Shown: positions 20,295 to 30,863, counted from the first letter of the stretch. The stretch: 64,000 nt of DNA from Candidatus Poribacteria bacterium (GCA_965215015.1 OZ244042.1:3136001-3200000); one strand, 5' to 3'. Made by a program: numbers and translations. The notes: generated from the sequence alone by a model not told the origin.

Positions 20295-21047
20295 TCAATT
20301 CCCGTCAAAACACCCCGCCATATCTTCCAGAAAATTATCAACACTCACCTGCTGATACCGTCCGACGTAAGGGAAATTGCTCTGAGTGGAGTGTTCAACC
20401 TTACATCCCTGCACTTGGTGCGTTAATGTGCTTTCGGCGTTGGGGAAATCGGCAATGCTCCTCTGAACGAGATCTGCCACCTGTTGAGAGGCGCGAATCT
20501 CTACATTGGGAATCGGCGTATTGTAGTAGTAAACAGCCTTAAGCCGAGTACTAAGCATCTTACGCGCATAAGCGGGGAGGGGGGATTCGTCGAAACCCGG
20601 TTTGAAATCGTGCGGCAAGAACGGGCGATTTATCTGAAAATCGAAAATCTGTTTGAGCATCCCTGTAGCACTTCTCGGTGTTGGAATCCACTTTGAATTG
20701 GGCCAAACATCCAGATTTCCCCAACCTGTCCCAATGCGATCCATCGGTAGCCCTTCGCCGTGAGTATGGACAGTCCCTGCGCTTACGCCAATAAACGCAA
20801 AGTGTTGTGGGTAGTCGAAGAAATCGGTCTCCCGTGATCGGAGAACATCGTAGAAGGCGGTTGTCAACGCCAGCAGGGCGTCCCCGGTGTAGAGGATACC
20901 ATCTTCGAGACAAGGGGAGATGACGCCGACACGGTCCAGTTCGTGATAGTCGGGACAGAACTCCTTAAAGTCAACGCTGATCCGCTCATCTTCAGCGAGG
21001 TGCCAATATTGAAAGTCTGAAGCTCTTAGTAATTTGCTCGTGTGCAT
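20295..21047 (-). CDS. Hypothetical protein
   Basis: 250-aa ORF, co-oriented with and directly upstream of the amidohydrolase operon. Confidence 0.7.
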   Translation of the reverse strand: MHTSKLLRASDFQYWHLAEDERISVDFKEFCPDYHELDRVGVISPCLEDGILYTGDALLALTTAFYDVLRSRETDFFDYPQHFAFIGVSAGTVHTHGEGLPMDRIGTGWGNLDVWPNSKWIPTPRSATGMLKQIFDFQINRPFLPHDFKPGFDESPLPAYARKMLSTRLKAVYYYNTPIPNVEIRASQQVADLVQRSIADFPNAESTLTHQVQGCKVEHSTQSNFPYVGRYQQVSVDNFLEDMAGCFDGN

Positions 21048-21075
21048 AGTTACGTTGGTTCATTGGTAGATTAGA

Positions 21076-21107
21076 GTTGGGCTTCACTGTCGTTCAACCC
21101 AACCTAC
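21076..21107. repeat. GTAG-type REP-like element
   Basis: GTTGGGCTTCACTGTCGTTCAACCCAACCTAC, similar to 898-930. Confidence 0.75.
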
Positions 21108-21145
21108 GACACTCCTTAAAGGAAAAACAAAGGATGATAAATCTT

Positions 21146-21913
21146 TTAGATGCGCCCCGGCATCGACTTCCCCCGCATCAGCATCGCATCGTTTTCTCTT
21201 TCTGGCGGACCTGTGTATTGACACTTGGCACTGACATAGTGTGTCGCATAACCTCGCCGCCTCTGGTTCGTCTGGTTGGGACGACTGCTGTGGAGAATGA
21301 GACCGTGGTGGAAGCTGCAATCGCCCGCTTTCAACACCAATGGACGCTCTTCAGCTAGACTTCCCTCAACCGACATCTGCTCGTATTCCGCCCATTTCGA
21401 TTTGTCTATGATGCCGAATTTGTGAGTGCCGGGGAGCATCCAAACGCATCCATTCTCGATTGTCGAATCGGTAAGTGCCGCCCAGCAGGTCACCATGTCG
21501 GGCGGATCGATGTAGAATCCGAGCGGCATATCCTGATGGTAGCGTTGTCGCGAACCGACCCGCGGGGGCTTCATAAAAAGCTGGTCTTGGTAGAGCTTGA
21601 TGTCGGGACCTAGCAGCGATCCGATAATGTCCAGAATCTTCGGATTGCGGGCATGGTTTGCAAATTCTTCATCGTAGAAGGCGAGATGGCTCATTTTCCG
21701 AAGGGAATCGGCGTGGTTTTCCACCTGAACCTTCCCTGCTCCCACGTGGGGTTCGACCTGGAGTTGCCCTTTCGGGATATGGGAGGCTTTCCCGCTTGCT
21801 ACCCATTCAGCGTGAGCAAGAAGCGAAGCAACCTCATCGGGGTCAAGCAAATTTTCCACAATAATGAATCCGTCTTCCCAGAACTGTTTCACTCGCTCAT
21901 TAGACAGCTGCAT
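21146..21913 (-). CDS. Phytanoyl-CoA dioxygenase (PhyH) family 2OG-Fe(II) oxygenase
   Basis: EDGFII, FMKPP, YHQD, ENGCVWMLPGTH, GDCSFHHGLILHSS. Confidence 0.92.
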   Translation of the reverse strand: MQLSNERVKQFWEDGFIIVENLLDPDEVASLLAHAEWVASGKASHIPKGQLQVEPHVGAGKVQVENHADSLRKMSHLAFYDEEFANHARNPKILDIIGSLLGPDIKLYQDQLFMKPPRVGSRQRYHQDMPLGFYIDPPDMVTCWAALTDSTIENGCVWMLPGTHKFGIIDKSKWAEYEQMSVEGSLAEERPLVLKAGDCSFHHGLILHSSRPNQTNQRRRGYATHYVSAKCQYTGPPERENDAMLMRGKSMPGRI

Positions 21914-22012
21914 GATATGTTTTCCTTCTCAAATTGAACCTATCTCTGTTCCGAAAGTCCTTGATCTGACGCGTTTCAGATAAGATTGGAATTCAAAGTA
22001 ACTGAGACTATG

Positions 22013-22082
22013 GGTTGGGCAAGATGCCCGGCCTATGGGGAGGGTGTATTGTTGGGTTTTACTATCGTTTAACCTAGCCTAC
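22013..22082. repeat. Two REP-like palindromes
   Basis: GGTTGGGCAAGATGCCCGGCCTAT (compare 34415-34439) and GTTGGGTTTTACTATCGTTTAACCTAGCCTAC (compare 898-930). Confidence 0.65.
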
Positions 22083-22429
22083 GGTTCTTTTTTTTCGCCG
22101 CCAATTTCCGCGAATGTCTGTAAAGGGCGAGGGAACATCACCCCCCGATAAATCGGGCTGCAAGTACCTCAGATTAGTATTTATTGGCGAATTATGGACG
22201 CGCCTCACATAAATGTCAACAGAACCTAGCAACTTCCGTTATTTATTCGTGGGCAGAGGGAAGTACCTCTCCGCAATACTGAAGGTTATCTCCCCCAATA
22301 ACCCCCTAATCCAAGAGCGTTCCATCGCTGCCGCGGCGTATTAATGCTGCATCTCCGGTGAAGGTAATATCCTCGAACTGCCGATGACTTGCTGGCTCTG
22401 GCGAGTAGTCCCTTCCTTTACGCATCATG

Positions 22430-23140
22430 TCACCCTGACAAAAGCCTTCCATACCCGTCAATCGGATCGTGATGCCCCAAGGCTCGTAAACACCCCCAGC
22501 ATGTCGCCAAGTTGCTAGAGAGGACCGGCACACCGAGTTGTGCTTCCAATCGCGCCAACACATCAATAGTGCGTAGGTTGGTACAACTGATAAACATTCC
22601 GTCAGCATCATTCTGCCAGACACGCCGGGCAAATTCATACGTCTCTTGTGGTGTCACCTTTCCGATGCTGAAGGCATCCACGATGTCCATGCCGGCAATT
22701 GTCAGGACTTCGATGCCTTCGTCCTCCAAGAATTGCTTCTCTAGCACATTGAGTTCGTCCGGGTAAGGTGTGGCAACCGCGACGCGTCGAATACCGAGCG
22801 TCCGCAATGCACCCGCAACGGAACCCGAGGTTGTAACCGCCTGTGCTTCTCCTGCCCGTTTGATTCGGTCTCGTAATTCAATTTCGCCTTCAACGCCCGC
22901 CACAAAACTGCTCGCAGTACAGGCAAAGGCTATCACATCTGCATGTGCGCTGCCGAGCTCGTCGGCGGCACGCTCCACATGTTGAAGCATCGCCTTGGAG
23001 TCGTCTACATCGGACCGCGTATTCCGCATCCGCGCCGCATAGACGTTAATGCCCTCTGGAATCATTCGGTTAAACTCTGGTTCCACGACTGTATTAACTG
23101 ATGGCACTAACAACCCAATTCGTCCGTTCTGTCCGTACAT
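22430..23140 (-). CDS. Maleate cis-trans isomerase / Asp-Glu racemase family protein
   Basis: RIGLLVPSVNTVVEPE, two catalytic Cys (FACTAS, ISCTNL), VATPY, SSN. Confidence 0.88.
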   Translation of the reverse strand: MYGQNGRIGLLVPSVNTVVEPEFNRMIPEGINVYAARMRNTRSDVDDSKAMLQHVERAADELGSAHADVIAFACTASSFVAGVEGEIELRDRIKRAGEAQAVTTSGSVAGALRTLGIRRVAVATPYPDELNVLEKQFLEDEGIEVLTIAGMDIVDAFSIGKVTPQETYEFARRVWQNDADGMFISCTNLRTIDVLARLEAQLGVPVLSSNLATCWGCLRALGHHDPIDGYGRLLSG

Positions 23141-23198
23141 TTTTACCTGCTCCTATTCACGCTAGAGGGAACGCAGATCTCCGTTCTCTACGACTGTT

Positions 23199-24077
23199 TT
23201 ACAAATATCGCTTAGCGATTTTTGCTGCCACTGTCCCAATCTGATAGTAACCGACCGAGATCTGTCCGACATGCGTCAGGATGTCATACGCTTTCCAACG
23301 ATCCCAGCCGAACTCTTCTTCCATCCATAAAATTAACCACGCATAAGCCTGAGCGGTCGAACGCTCCATCGGGCAGCCGGTAGCGACGGTCATAATCTCT
23401 GTAGGAGATTCGATTCGAGGCCCCGGCAGGTTCTTGACCTTGATTAAATTGACGGTAATCTTTGTTTCCGATGGCATTTCTAGCCCGGAAGCGGAGAGTT
23501 CGCCGTGCCCCATCGCAGCGTGTGCATCGCCCAGATACAGATACCCACCAGAGACAAATACCGGCAAATAAACGGTATTGCCGGGACAGGTTTCGATGAT
23601 ATCCATATTCCCGCCGTGAGGCCCCGCCGGTCCTGTTGTTGGCACACCGGTATCCGGGGCCGTCCCGATACAGCCAAGCATCGGGGTATAGGGAATGGTG
23701 ATGTCATCGCTCCAGTAAATCTGTCCGTCGCGGATAGGACAGACATGCACACCGTGCGGGCAGTCGTTGCCCAACCATTCGGCGAGCTGTCGGGGATCCG
23801 AGGTTCGGGTGGCGCATTGACCGATGCTTGGCCGAATCTCCTCAATCTTAACCGCTAGCGCGTCTCCCGGTTCAGCACCCTCGATCCAGATTGGACCTGT
23901 CTGCGGGTTGCCGTAAGGTTTTTTGGTTTTATCCCGCCGGTGGGCGTTGGTGCGGATCTGACCTGAAAAGGCGTCCTCTGCCTCTACCAACACGGTTTCG
24001 CCCGGTGTGATTCGTAAGCGCGGCTCGTTATGACGACTGAATTCATAGTAAAGTGGACCAAGGGGGAGTTTTTTCAT
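23199..24077 (-). CDS. Acetamidase/formamidase family protein
   Basis: NPQTGPIWIEGAEPGD, PMLGCIGTAP, HGGNMD, GDAHAAMGHGE. GAGG RBS before MKKLPL. Confidence 0.88.
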   Translation of the reverse strand: MKKLPLGPLYYEFSRHNEPRLRITPGETVLVEAEDAFSGQIRTNAHRRDKTKKPYGNPQTGPIWIEGAEPGDALAVKIEEIRPSIGQCATRTSDPRQLAEWLGNDCPHGVHVCPIRDGQIYWSDDITIPYTPMLGCIGTAPDTGVPTTGPAGPHGGNMDIIETCPGNTVYLPVFVSGGYLYLGDAHAAMGHGELSASGLEMPSETKITVNLIKVKNLPGPRIESPTEIMTVATGCPMERSTAQAYAWLILWMEEEFGWDRWKAYDILTHVGQISVGYYQIGTVAAKIAKRYL

Positions 24078-24194
24078 GTTGTACCTCTTTCGTTCTATGT
24101 AGTCGTGCAGATTTCGTGGGTTGTCGGTCATTTTATCAAAAATCCTTTAGGTGCGGGAGTAGGTCAACTTTACTCATTTTAAGAAATTGACAAG

Positions 24195-24232
24195 AGAGAC
24201 CGAGCTTTCAAGAAAAAACTCGGTCTCTTTTT
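24195..24232. terminator. Hairpin, possible terminator
   Basis: AGAGACCGAG pairs with CTCGGTCTCT, followed by a T-run on the + strand. Lies between the SDR and acetamidase genes. Confidence 0.4.
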
Positions 24233-24313
24233 CTATAAGCCCCGTAGGTCGGGCTTCCTAGCCCGCCTGCACCAAATGAACCAATAATTGTCACGTTTCA
24301 CGCTCTTTGCGGT

Positions 24314-25102
24314 TTACCAGAGACTCCAACCGCCATCCACCACGAGGTTATGTCCGGTAATCCAGTTGCCAGCGCGTGAGGCGAGCAAGGCAACAGAACC
24401 CTTGATATCATCGGCGACTCCTGTGCGTTCAAGCGGGTTACCCAGGCGACACCGTTCTACCATTTCTGGATCTGTTGTCAATTTCGGAATCTGTCCGGGA
24501 CTAATACAGTTGACGGTGATACCATACTCTCCCAACTCGGCTGCAAGCGCGCGCGTCAGGTTCACTATGCCACCCTTCGCTGCTTGATACGGGGGACCCG
24601 AACGATTGAAATCCAACCCCTCATAGAGGCGTTTGTCAGCACTCAGGAAGCCATGAATCGATCCGAGGGTGATGATTACGCCGCTGCGTTGAGGAATCAT
24701 CACACGGGCTGCGGCTTGTGCACACATGTAGGTACTTTTGACATTCATCTCCCATGTGTGCGTAAACTCATCGATCGAAGCGTTCGGGATATAACTCGTT
24801 GTCGCAGCACCACCGGCGTTGCACACCATTATATCCAACCGCCCGTGCATCTTGACTACCTCATCCACAAGCACTTTGACCTGCGCTTCGTCGGTAACAT
24901 CGCAGCCAAGCCCTACGCATTCGATGCCCGCTTCCTGTAACTCCGCTGCAACCCGTTCACACAAGGCTTTGCGGCGACTGGCAATAACTGTGGCAGCCCC
25001 CAACTCGCCGAGTGCAGTCGTCATTGCACGCCCCAAGTGGGTTGCACCGCCGGTAATGATGGCGACACGATTGTGAAGTTCAAACATCTCTTGTACTTTC
25101 AT
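24314..25102 (-). CDS. Short-chain dehydrogenase/reductase (gluconate 5-DH-like)
   Basis: ITGGATHLG, CNAG, YQAAK, VNCISPG, VDGG. Confidence 0.92.
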   Translation of the reverse strand: MKVQEMFELHNRVAIITGGATHLGRAMTTALGELGAATVIASRRKALCERVAAELQEAGIECVGLGCDVTDEAQVKVLVDEVVKMHGRLDIMVCNAGGAATTSYIPNASIDEFTHTWEMNVKSTYMCAQAAARVMIPQRSGVIITLGSIHGFLSADKRLYEGLDFNRSGPPYQAAKGGIVNLTRALAAELGEYGITVNCISPGQIPKLTTDPEMVERCRLGNPLERTGVADDIKGSVALLASRAGNWITGHNLVVDGGWSLW

Positions 25103-25274
25103 TTAGACAATCCTAGGAGGTTGGGCTTACGAATAAAGAAATTAGGAATTTTTAGATTCGGGATATTTGGACATGTGTGCTATAATATCTGCCTTTAGAT
25201 GAACCAGATTTTTCCGTTCCCAAGTCCCAGTTGGGGAACTCGGTATCCGCAAATTAAAGCCGGAGGTGTTAATT

Positions 25275-26126
25275 ATGGTATTAGGAAGTGGTGAATATTG
25301 TTACCAAGTCGTTAAGGGTTGGGGACAGGGAGCCGACGGTCGCACCCTAGGCATCGCTTCAGGTATTGCCGTTGATTCGCAGGATAAGGTCTATGTTGTA
25401 GACCGCGAGCCAAACCCAGCCATTGTAGTCTACGACCGAGATGGGCGCTTTCTCTCATCATGGGGCGAGGCCCTCCTCAGTCTGCCTCACGACATTTTTA
25501 TTGACTCAGAAGATCGCCTCTACATCGCCGACTGTGGCGACCACACGGTGCGTATCTGCACCACAGAGGGACAGGTACTAAAAACGCTTGGAACACCCAA
25601 TAAGGCAGGTCCCCCCGGCGAGCCATTCAATATGCCGACTCGCGCTGTCGTTTCCCCATCCGGTGATATTTATGTTTCGGACGGTTACGGTCAGCATCAG
25701 ATACATCAGTTTTCACCCGATGGAACACTGCTAAACACCTGGGGCGAAGAGGGAGCAGCACCGGGGCAGTTCACCCTTCCTCATAATGTTTTTACGGACC
25801 GAGAAGGCAAAGTTTTAATCGCTGACAGAGAACCAAATAATCGCATCCAAATTTTTGACGCGGACGGAAACTTCCTCTCCGAGTGGGGTGGACGCCTTTT
25901 CCCGTGCGGGCTATATCTTGACGCGGATGATACGGTTTACATTGCCGAGGGGGGCGGCGTCAGCATCTTTAACCGAGACGGAAAGCTGCTTACCTGTTGG
26001 AATGTCTTGGGCGGACCAGACGATGTGGCTCACGGTGCCCACGGCATCTGGGTGGACCGGCACGGGGACATATATATCGGCGAAGTCGGCGTTGAAAATC
26101 TGCTGCACAAGTTCGCCCGTGTGTGA
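25275..26126 (+). CDS. NHL-repeat beta-propeller, peptidyl-alpha-hydroxyglycine lyase (PAL)-like
   Basis: Repeated PHDIFID / PHN / YVSDGYG / ADRE..RIQIFD blades. GGAGG RBS at 25262. Confidence 0.85.
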   Translation: MVLGSGEYCYQVVKGWGQGADGRTLGIASGIAVDSQDKVYVVDREPNPAIVVYDRDGRFLSSWGEALLSLPHDIFIDSEDRLYIADCGDHTVRICTTEGQVLKTLGTPNKAGPPGEPFNMPTRAVVSPSGDIYVSDGYGQHQIHQFSPDGTLLNTWGEEGAAPGQFTLPHNVFTDREGKVLIADREPNNRIQIFDADGNFLSEWGGRLFPCGLYLDADDTVYIAEGGGVSIFNRDGKLLTCWNVLGGPDDVAHGAHGIWVDRHGDIYIGEVGVENLLHKFARV

Positions 26127-26263
26127 GGAAGATAGCCTCCTCCAATAGGAGAGACATTCCAACTGCTAGTCGCCAACGACGATAAGGGCTCCGGGAACTG
26201 AATACGTAAGACGTAATGCACAACGGAAAAATCTTACGTATTACTCGTTACCTACTATCCGTT

Positions 26264-27232
26264 TCATCGATATACCGATTGAATCACCCCCCGAATATAT
26301 CCAACCGCGTATGCCTGACCCGCTCTGCCGGTGTCTGTTTGCGGAAACCCTGGCGTGTGATCCATCATAAAGGGTCCGTTAAAGCCCGCATCTCGATAGA
26401 TCGACATCGCTCGGTGCATATCTATATCGCCTTCATCCAGAAAAACCTCTTGGAAACTGGGCAGGCATCCGCGGACATTACGGAAGTGAACGAAGACAAT
26501 CTTGTTTTTAGTAGCCATCTCCCGGATCGCTTCATACACATTTACCCCCATCTCGGTAACACACCCCTGACAGAATAGCATTCCGTTGGAATCAGATGGG
26601 ACAATATCGAAAATCCGCCGGTACTGGTCGAGCGTTGATACAATCTGTGCTACCCCCGCTAACGGTTCAGGAATCGGTGGATCATCCGGATGTAGTGCCA
26701 TCCGCACCCCAACTTTATCCGCCACCGGAATCACCCCTTCGAGGAAGTATGTCATATGCTCCCACATCTCCTCCTCCGAGACAGGTGGGTCATGTGGTTT
26801 AGGGCGGTTCTGTGAAAACTCATCGTAATCAAAGGTGCTGTACGAAGTGCCCCCTCTGCCTTTGGCGGACGTTGTACGAAAATTTCCCATCGGTTTGAAA
26901 TTGTATCCCAGTGCCGGGATGCCCGCCGCACTGATTCCCCGAAGCATTGTACACCACGCCTCGATTTTCTCATCCCGATCCGGCAATCCTAGCGCAATCT
27001 CATCCCAACCCGCCATAAAAATGCTGTAGAGTTCTAGTCCGTGAGATTCTGTCTTCTCCTTTGCTGCCTCAAAGAAATCTGTTCTGTCCACCCCATCTCG
27101 TAGATCCAGTGAGGGGTCAACGCGGTGCATACCACGAATGTCAAGGCAGAGGCGATCGATTCCAATGGCGTAAAAAAAACTCAGATTTTCATCGTTAAAT
27201 TGTTCCCAACTGAGCAAATCTTGAATGTACAT
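26264..27232 (-). CDS. uxuA: Mannonate dehydratase (UxuA family)
   Basis: GYNF, MALHPDDPP, FCQG, VHFRNV, EGDIDM, DHTP. Confidence 0.8.
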   Translation of the reverse strand: MYIQDLLSWEQFNDENLSFFYAIGIDRLCLDIRGMHRVDPSLDLRDGVDRTDFFEAAKEKTESHGLELYSIFMAGWDEIALGLPDRDEKIEAWCTMLRGISAAGIPALGYNFKPMGNFRTTSAKGRGGTSYSTFDYDEFSQNRPKPHDPPVSEEEMWEHMTYFLEGVIPVADKVGVRMALHPDDPPIPEPLAGVAQIVSTLDQYRRIFDIVPSDSNGMLFCQGCVTEMGVNVYEAIREMATKNKIVFVHFRNVRGCLPSFQEVFLDEGDIDMHRAMSIYRDAGFNGPFMMDHTPGFPQTDTGRAGQAYAVGYIRGVIQSVYR

Positions 27233-27271
27233 AAAGTCCCCTCCGATGCCCTGTAAATTTCTAATGCGGTT

Positions 27272-27300
27272 ATTATACGCCAATCACCATCTTTCTGCAA
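27272..27300 (-). promoter_or_regulatory. sigma70-type promoter for the uxuA-like gene
   Basis: TTGCAG-17 nt-TATAAT on the minus strand. Confidence 0.6.
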
Positions 27301-27443
27301 CGGAAATTTCCGCCTGATTAGGGCTATTTAGTTTTCGGTTTTCTCTCTGTCTGAGTCAAGATTCGGAGATCCCTCCCTGTTCCGAGAGTTTTCAACCTAC
27401 AGGAGTAAATGACCCTACCGATCAATAGGGAGACACTTCGCGG

Positions 27444-28565
27444 TTATGGCAGCAATCCTAAAACTCGATCTATCTCCGTCTCCAAGTTATAAAAATGTGG
27501 AGAGAGACGGACGCCAGCCCGCTCTGCCCCGATAACGTTTTCTCGCCTGAGTCGTTCAACCAGATCAGCTGACGTATATCGGTCACTTTCAAACACCACG
27601 ATACCGGAACGTTCGGATTCTTCTGTCGGTGTCAGCAGCCGGTAGTTCTTTGATCGAAGTCCTTCGATAAGGTAATCTGTCAGGTCCAAGATCCGCTGCT
27701 CGATACTCGGAATCCCAACCTCCAGCAGTAGTTCGATAGCTGCACCGAGTCCATACAAGCCGACGCTGTTATACGATCCCTCCTCAAAGCGTGTGGCAGC
27801 CGGTTGGGGCGTGAAGTCATAGTTCAAAAAATCCCTTGGATTGACAACACCTGCCCAACCGACGTTTGTGTTGATCAACTCGTCCTGTCTCTCCTTTGCA
27901 CAGTAGAAGATTGCTGCGCCTTCAGGGGCGAGCAGCCACTTATGACCGTCAGCGGCAAGGATATCAATGTTGCAAGCTTTCACGTCCAAGTCAATTGCCC
28001 CCACACTCTGTATAGCGTCCACCACAAACCAGATTCCTCTTTTTTGGCAGAGGTCACCAATTGCCGCGATGTCGTTCCGGAACCCCGATGCAAACTCAAC
28101 GTGGCTGATGGTTACACATCGTGTCCGTTCGTCAATTGTCGTCTCAATATCCTCAATGTGGATGCGCTTTTTTCGCTCCGGCACCATTCGCGTTGTCACA
28201 CCGAGACGCTTCAGGCTTAGCCACGGATAAACATTTGCAGGAAATTCTACAGCCGTTGTCACGACGTTGTCCCCTTCGTGCCAGTCAATTCCGTTTGCAG
28301 CGATGATGATACCTTGTGAGGTATTCTTCATAAACGCTATCTCGTCAACATTCCCGTTAATCAGTTTGGCTGCATTTGCGCGACACGCTTCAACCGTAGC
28401 CTCCCAACGCCTGGAATTGACCGCACCGTTATTGGTCGCATCGTCCAAAAAACGCCCCATTGCTTGATGGACACACAACGGGAGGGGGGCAACCCCCGCG
28501 TGGTTCAGGTAGGTATATTTCTCTGTCACCGGAAACTGTTTTCGCCATTTGTTCCAATCAATCAC
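27444..28565 (-). CDS. Aminotransferase class V PLP enzyme (cysteine desulfurase/selenocysteine lyase-like fold)
   Basis: YLNHAGVAP, EFPAN, VDAIQSVG, ADGHKWLL, VRLSPHFYN. Confidence 0.9.
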   Translation of the reverse strand: MIDWNKWRKQFPVTEKYTYLNHAGVAPLPLCVHQAMGRFLDDATNNGAVNSRRWEATVEACRANAAKLINGNVDEIAFMKNTSQGIIIAANGIDWHEGDNVVTTAVEFPANVYPWLSLKRLGVTTRMVPERKKRIHIEDIETTIDERTRCVTISHVEFASGFRNDIAAIGDLCQKRGIWFVVDAIQSVGAIDLDVKACNIDILAADGHKWLLAPEGAAIFYCAKERQDELINTNVGWAGVVNPRDFLNYDFTPQPAATRFEEGSYNSVGLYGLGAAIELLLEVGIPSIEQRILDLTDYLIEGLRSKNYRLLTPTEESERSGIVVFESDRYTSADLVERLRRENVIGAERAGVRLSPHFYNLETEIDRVLGLLP

Positions 28566-28647
28566 GGTTTCCTCCTATTCAATCCGCTGGTAGGCAACAC
28601 CCTACAGCATGTGCCTCGACTTTTGTCTAAATCTATATCAGCGATTT

Positions 28648-29145
28648 TCAAACCAGATCGCTATATGATACAGAGATTACATCTTCTTCCTTAATTCCAA
28701 GCGCGGCCTTCACAAGCTGATGTTCCGCTTGTGCCTCACCTTCCGTTTGGTTGCAAATTACTGTCTCTAATTCAACAAACTGACCGATGCCCCTCACCTC
28801 ATCCAGATGGACGCGTGTGTTGCCAAACATCCATAACTCTCGCTGCTTCTCAACAACGGCCTTCACACCCCAAGCCATTGTCGAAATCTGCTTGAAAACC
28901 ATTGGTTCGGGGATATTGCATACCTGATAATTGCTATAACGTGACTCTGCACGATTGGAACGTTCATAGTAGATGAGTTGCGCTTCGTGGGTGTTGATCT
29001 CCCGCAGCTTCAACCTGCCTTGGGGAACGTTAAAATAGGTATCAAGCTGTTTCATTGTGCGGCGATGTTCCGCTTGGAGATTGGTAAGACGCTGACGCAA
29101 CACATCGAGTGAATCGCAATTTGCTTTGAATTCTAGGTTTTTCAA
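28648..29145 (-). CDS. CYTH-domain protein (class IV adenylate cyclase-like)
   Basis: NLEFKA, QLDTYF, GRLKLRE, VEKQR, HLDEV..G.FVELE, SYSDL. Confidence 0.88.
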   Translation of the reverse strand: MKNLEFKANCDSLDVLRQRLTNLQAEHRRTMKQLDTYFNVPQGRLKLREINTHEAQLIYYERSNRAESRYSNYQVCNIPEPMVFKQISTMAWGVKAVVEKQRELWMFGNTRVHLDEVRGIGQFVELETVICNQTEGEAQAEHQLVKAALGIKEEDVISVSYSDLV

Positions 29146-29247
29146 CGTTTTTTAGAAACTCCCTCCTAAAAAAATCGCTTAAAATTACGTGATTTCCATA
29201 GACCGGATTCCGCATTTCGTGGATCCGGTGTCATATTGAAAAATGGC

Positions 29248-29276
29248 TTGACAAAAATGCCGGTAATTTATAAAAT
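29248..29276 (+). promoter_or_regulatory. sigma70 promoter for tyrA-cmk-plsC
   Basis: TTGACA-17 nt-TAAAAT. Its position implies the CDS starts at 29314 rather than 29236. Confidence 0.7.
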
Positions 29277-29313
29277 CTCCGAAGCACATTATGGAGAGCG
29301 GGCAGGCGAAAAT

Positions 29314-30201
29314 ATGTTTGCAGACTTTAGTCAGATCAGGAACATTACCATTTTAGGCGTCGGCTTAATCGGTGGATCTCTCGGCTTAGCATTGAAAGCC
29401 AAGGGTTTCCGGGGAGAAATCACTGGGCTCGGCAGACGGATGCAAACCCTCGACATCGCACTTGAACGGGGTGCGGTTGATAAAGCAACCACCGATTTTC
29501 ACGCTGGGATTCATGACGCGGATCTGGTGGTCGTTGGAACCCCGGTTGATCTTATCCCTGAAATGGTGCAGCATATCGCCGAGACCCGGATATCTGACCT
29601 TCGACCTTTATTGATTACCGATGTTGGCAGTATTAAGGGGCAAGTCGTCGAGGAGATTGAAAGCTTCCCGACCGTTCCTGATCTGCATTTTGTCGGATCG
29701 CATCCGATGGCCGGTTCTGAAAAAGCGAGCATCGCAGCGGCACGCGCAGACCTGTTTGATGGTGCAAAATGTATTGTGACCCCAACGAACAATAGTCACC
29801 CGCAGGCGTTGAAACTCGTCACAGACCTTTGGCAATCTGTTGACACACGGGTTTACCACCTCTCCCCGGCTGAACACGATTTGCTCATTGCGGGGGCGAG
29901 TCATCTACCGCATCTCATCGCTTCTATCTTAACAAATACAGTGGGAGAAATCGGCAGCGACACTGCAAAAGTGCTCGATTTCGCTGCAACCGGTTTCCGC
30001 GATACAACGCGCATTGCTGCGGGCTCCCCACAGATTTGGAGAGCAATCTTCATGCAAAATGCCTGCTCGCTGCTGCCGATGATTGACTCGACAATCGAAA
30101 ATCTTGCTGAATTCAAAACCTTACTCGAAAACCAAGACGATATTGAAATTGAACGCCTCTTGGCGCACGCAAAAATGCTAAGGGATACATTGGAGGGATG
30201 A
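29314..30201 (+). CDS. tyrA: Prephenate/arogenate dehydrogenase
   Basis: GVGLIGGS, TDVGSIK, GSHPMAGSE, HD...ASHLPH, GFRDTTRIA. Confidence 0.92.
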   Translation: MFADFSQIRNITILGVGLIGGSLGLALKAKGFRGEITGLGRRMQTLDIALERGAVDKATTDFHAGIHDADLVVVGTPVDLIPEMVQHIAETRISDLRPLLITDVGSIKGQVVEEIESFPTVPDLHFVGSHPMAGSEKASIAAARADLFDGAKCIVTPTNNSHPQALKLVTDLWQSVDTRVYHLSPAEHDLLIAGASHLPHLIASILTNTVGEIGSDTAKVLDFAATGFRDTTRIAAGSPQIWRAIFMQNACSLLPMIDSTIENLAEFKTLLENQDDIEIERLLAHAKMLRDTLEG

Positions 30202-30863
30202 TGAAGGAACGTCTTACCATTGCAATGGATGGTCCCGCCGGCTCAGGAAAAAGCACAATCGCCCAACGGCTCGCCAAAAAGCTGGACTATCTTTATCTAA
30301 ATTCAGGCTCAATGTATCGTGCGATGACGCTTTTATCCCTCCGAGAAGAGGGGGATTCAACGGATGTGCCTACGTTAATCCAGTTGGCAAAAAACTGCCT
30401 GATTGATTTCTCAAACAATGGAAAAACTACCCTGTTGAATGGGGAAGATGTATCGGATGTCCTTCGCACCCCAGAAATAGACCGTGCCATTGTCAATATC
30501 GCAAAGGTTCCTGAAGTACGGCGCGAAATGGTGAAACAACAGCGTCGGATCGGTAAGAGAGGCGGTATCATCGTTGAGGGACGTGACGTAACGACCGTTG
30601 TGTTCCCGGACGCGGACCTGAAATTTTATATTAACGCCTCCGTCAAAGAGCGCGCAAAACGTCGTTACGCGGAACAAAAAGCAAAGGGCATTGAGACAAC
30701 ATTAGAACAGGTCGAAAAAGAGATTCGTGACCGAGATCAGATGGACGCATCCCGTGAGCATAGTCCGTTGCGAACCGCCAAAGATGCAATTGTCCTAGAT
30801 ACGACCAGCATGACTATCAACCAAGCTGTGGATTTCGTTCTGAATCGAGTGGAGGAATGCTAA
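30198..30863 (+). CDS. cmk: Cytidylate kinase
   Basis: DGPAGSGKST, SGSMYR, VEGRD, FPDA, RDQMD.SR..SPL. Confidence 0.95.
   Translation: MMKERLTIAMDGPAGSGKSTIAQRLAKKLDYLYLNSGSMYRAMTLLSLREEGDSTDVPTLIQLAKNCLIDFSNNGKTTLLNGEDVSDVLRTPEIDRAIVNIAKVPEVRREMVKQQRRIGKRGGIIVEGRDVTTVVFPDADLKFYINASVKERAKRRYAEQKAKGIETTLEQVEKEIRDRDQMDASREHSPLRTAKDAIVLDTTSMTINQAVDFVLNRVEEC

Noticed and set aside
22306-22428. Short minus-strand frame MMRKGRDY...FTGDAALIRRGSDGTLLD, a possible gene fragment
   Set aside because: Too short to assign to a family by eye, with no clear RBS.
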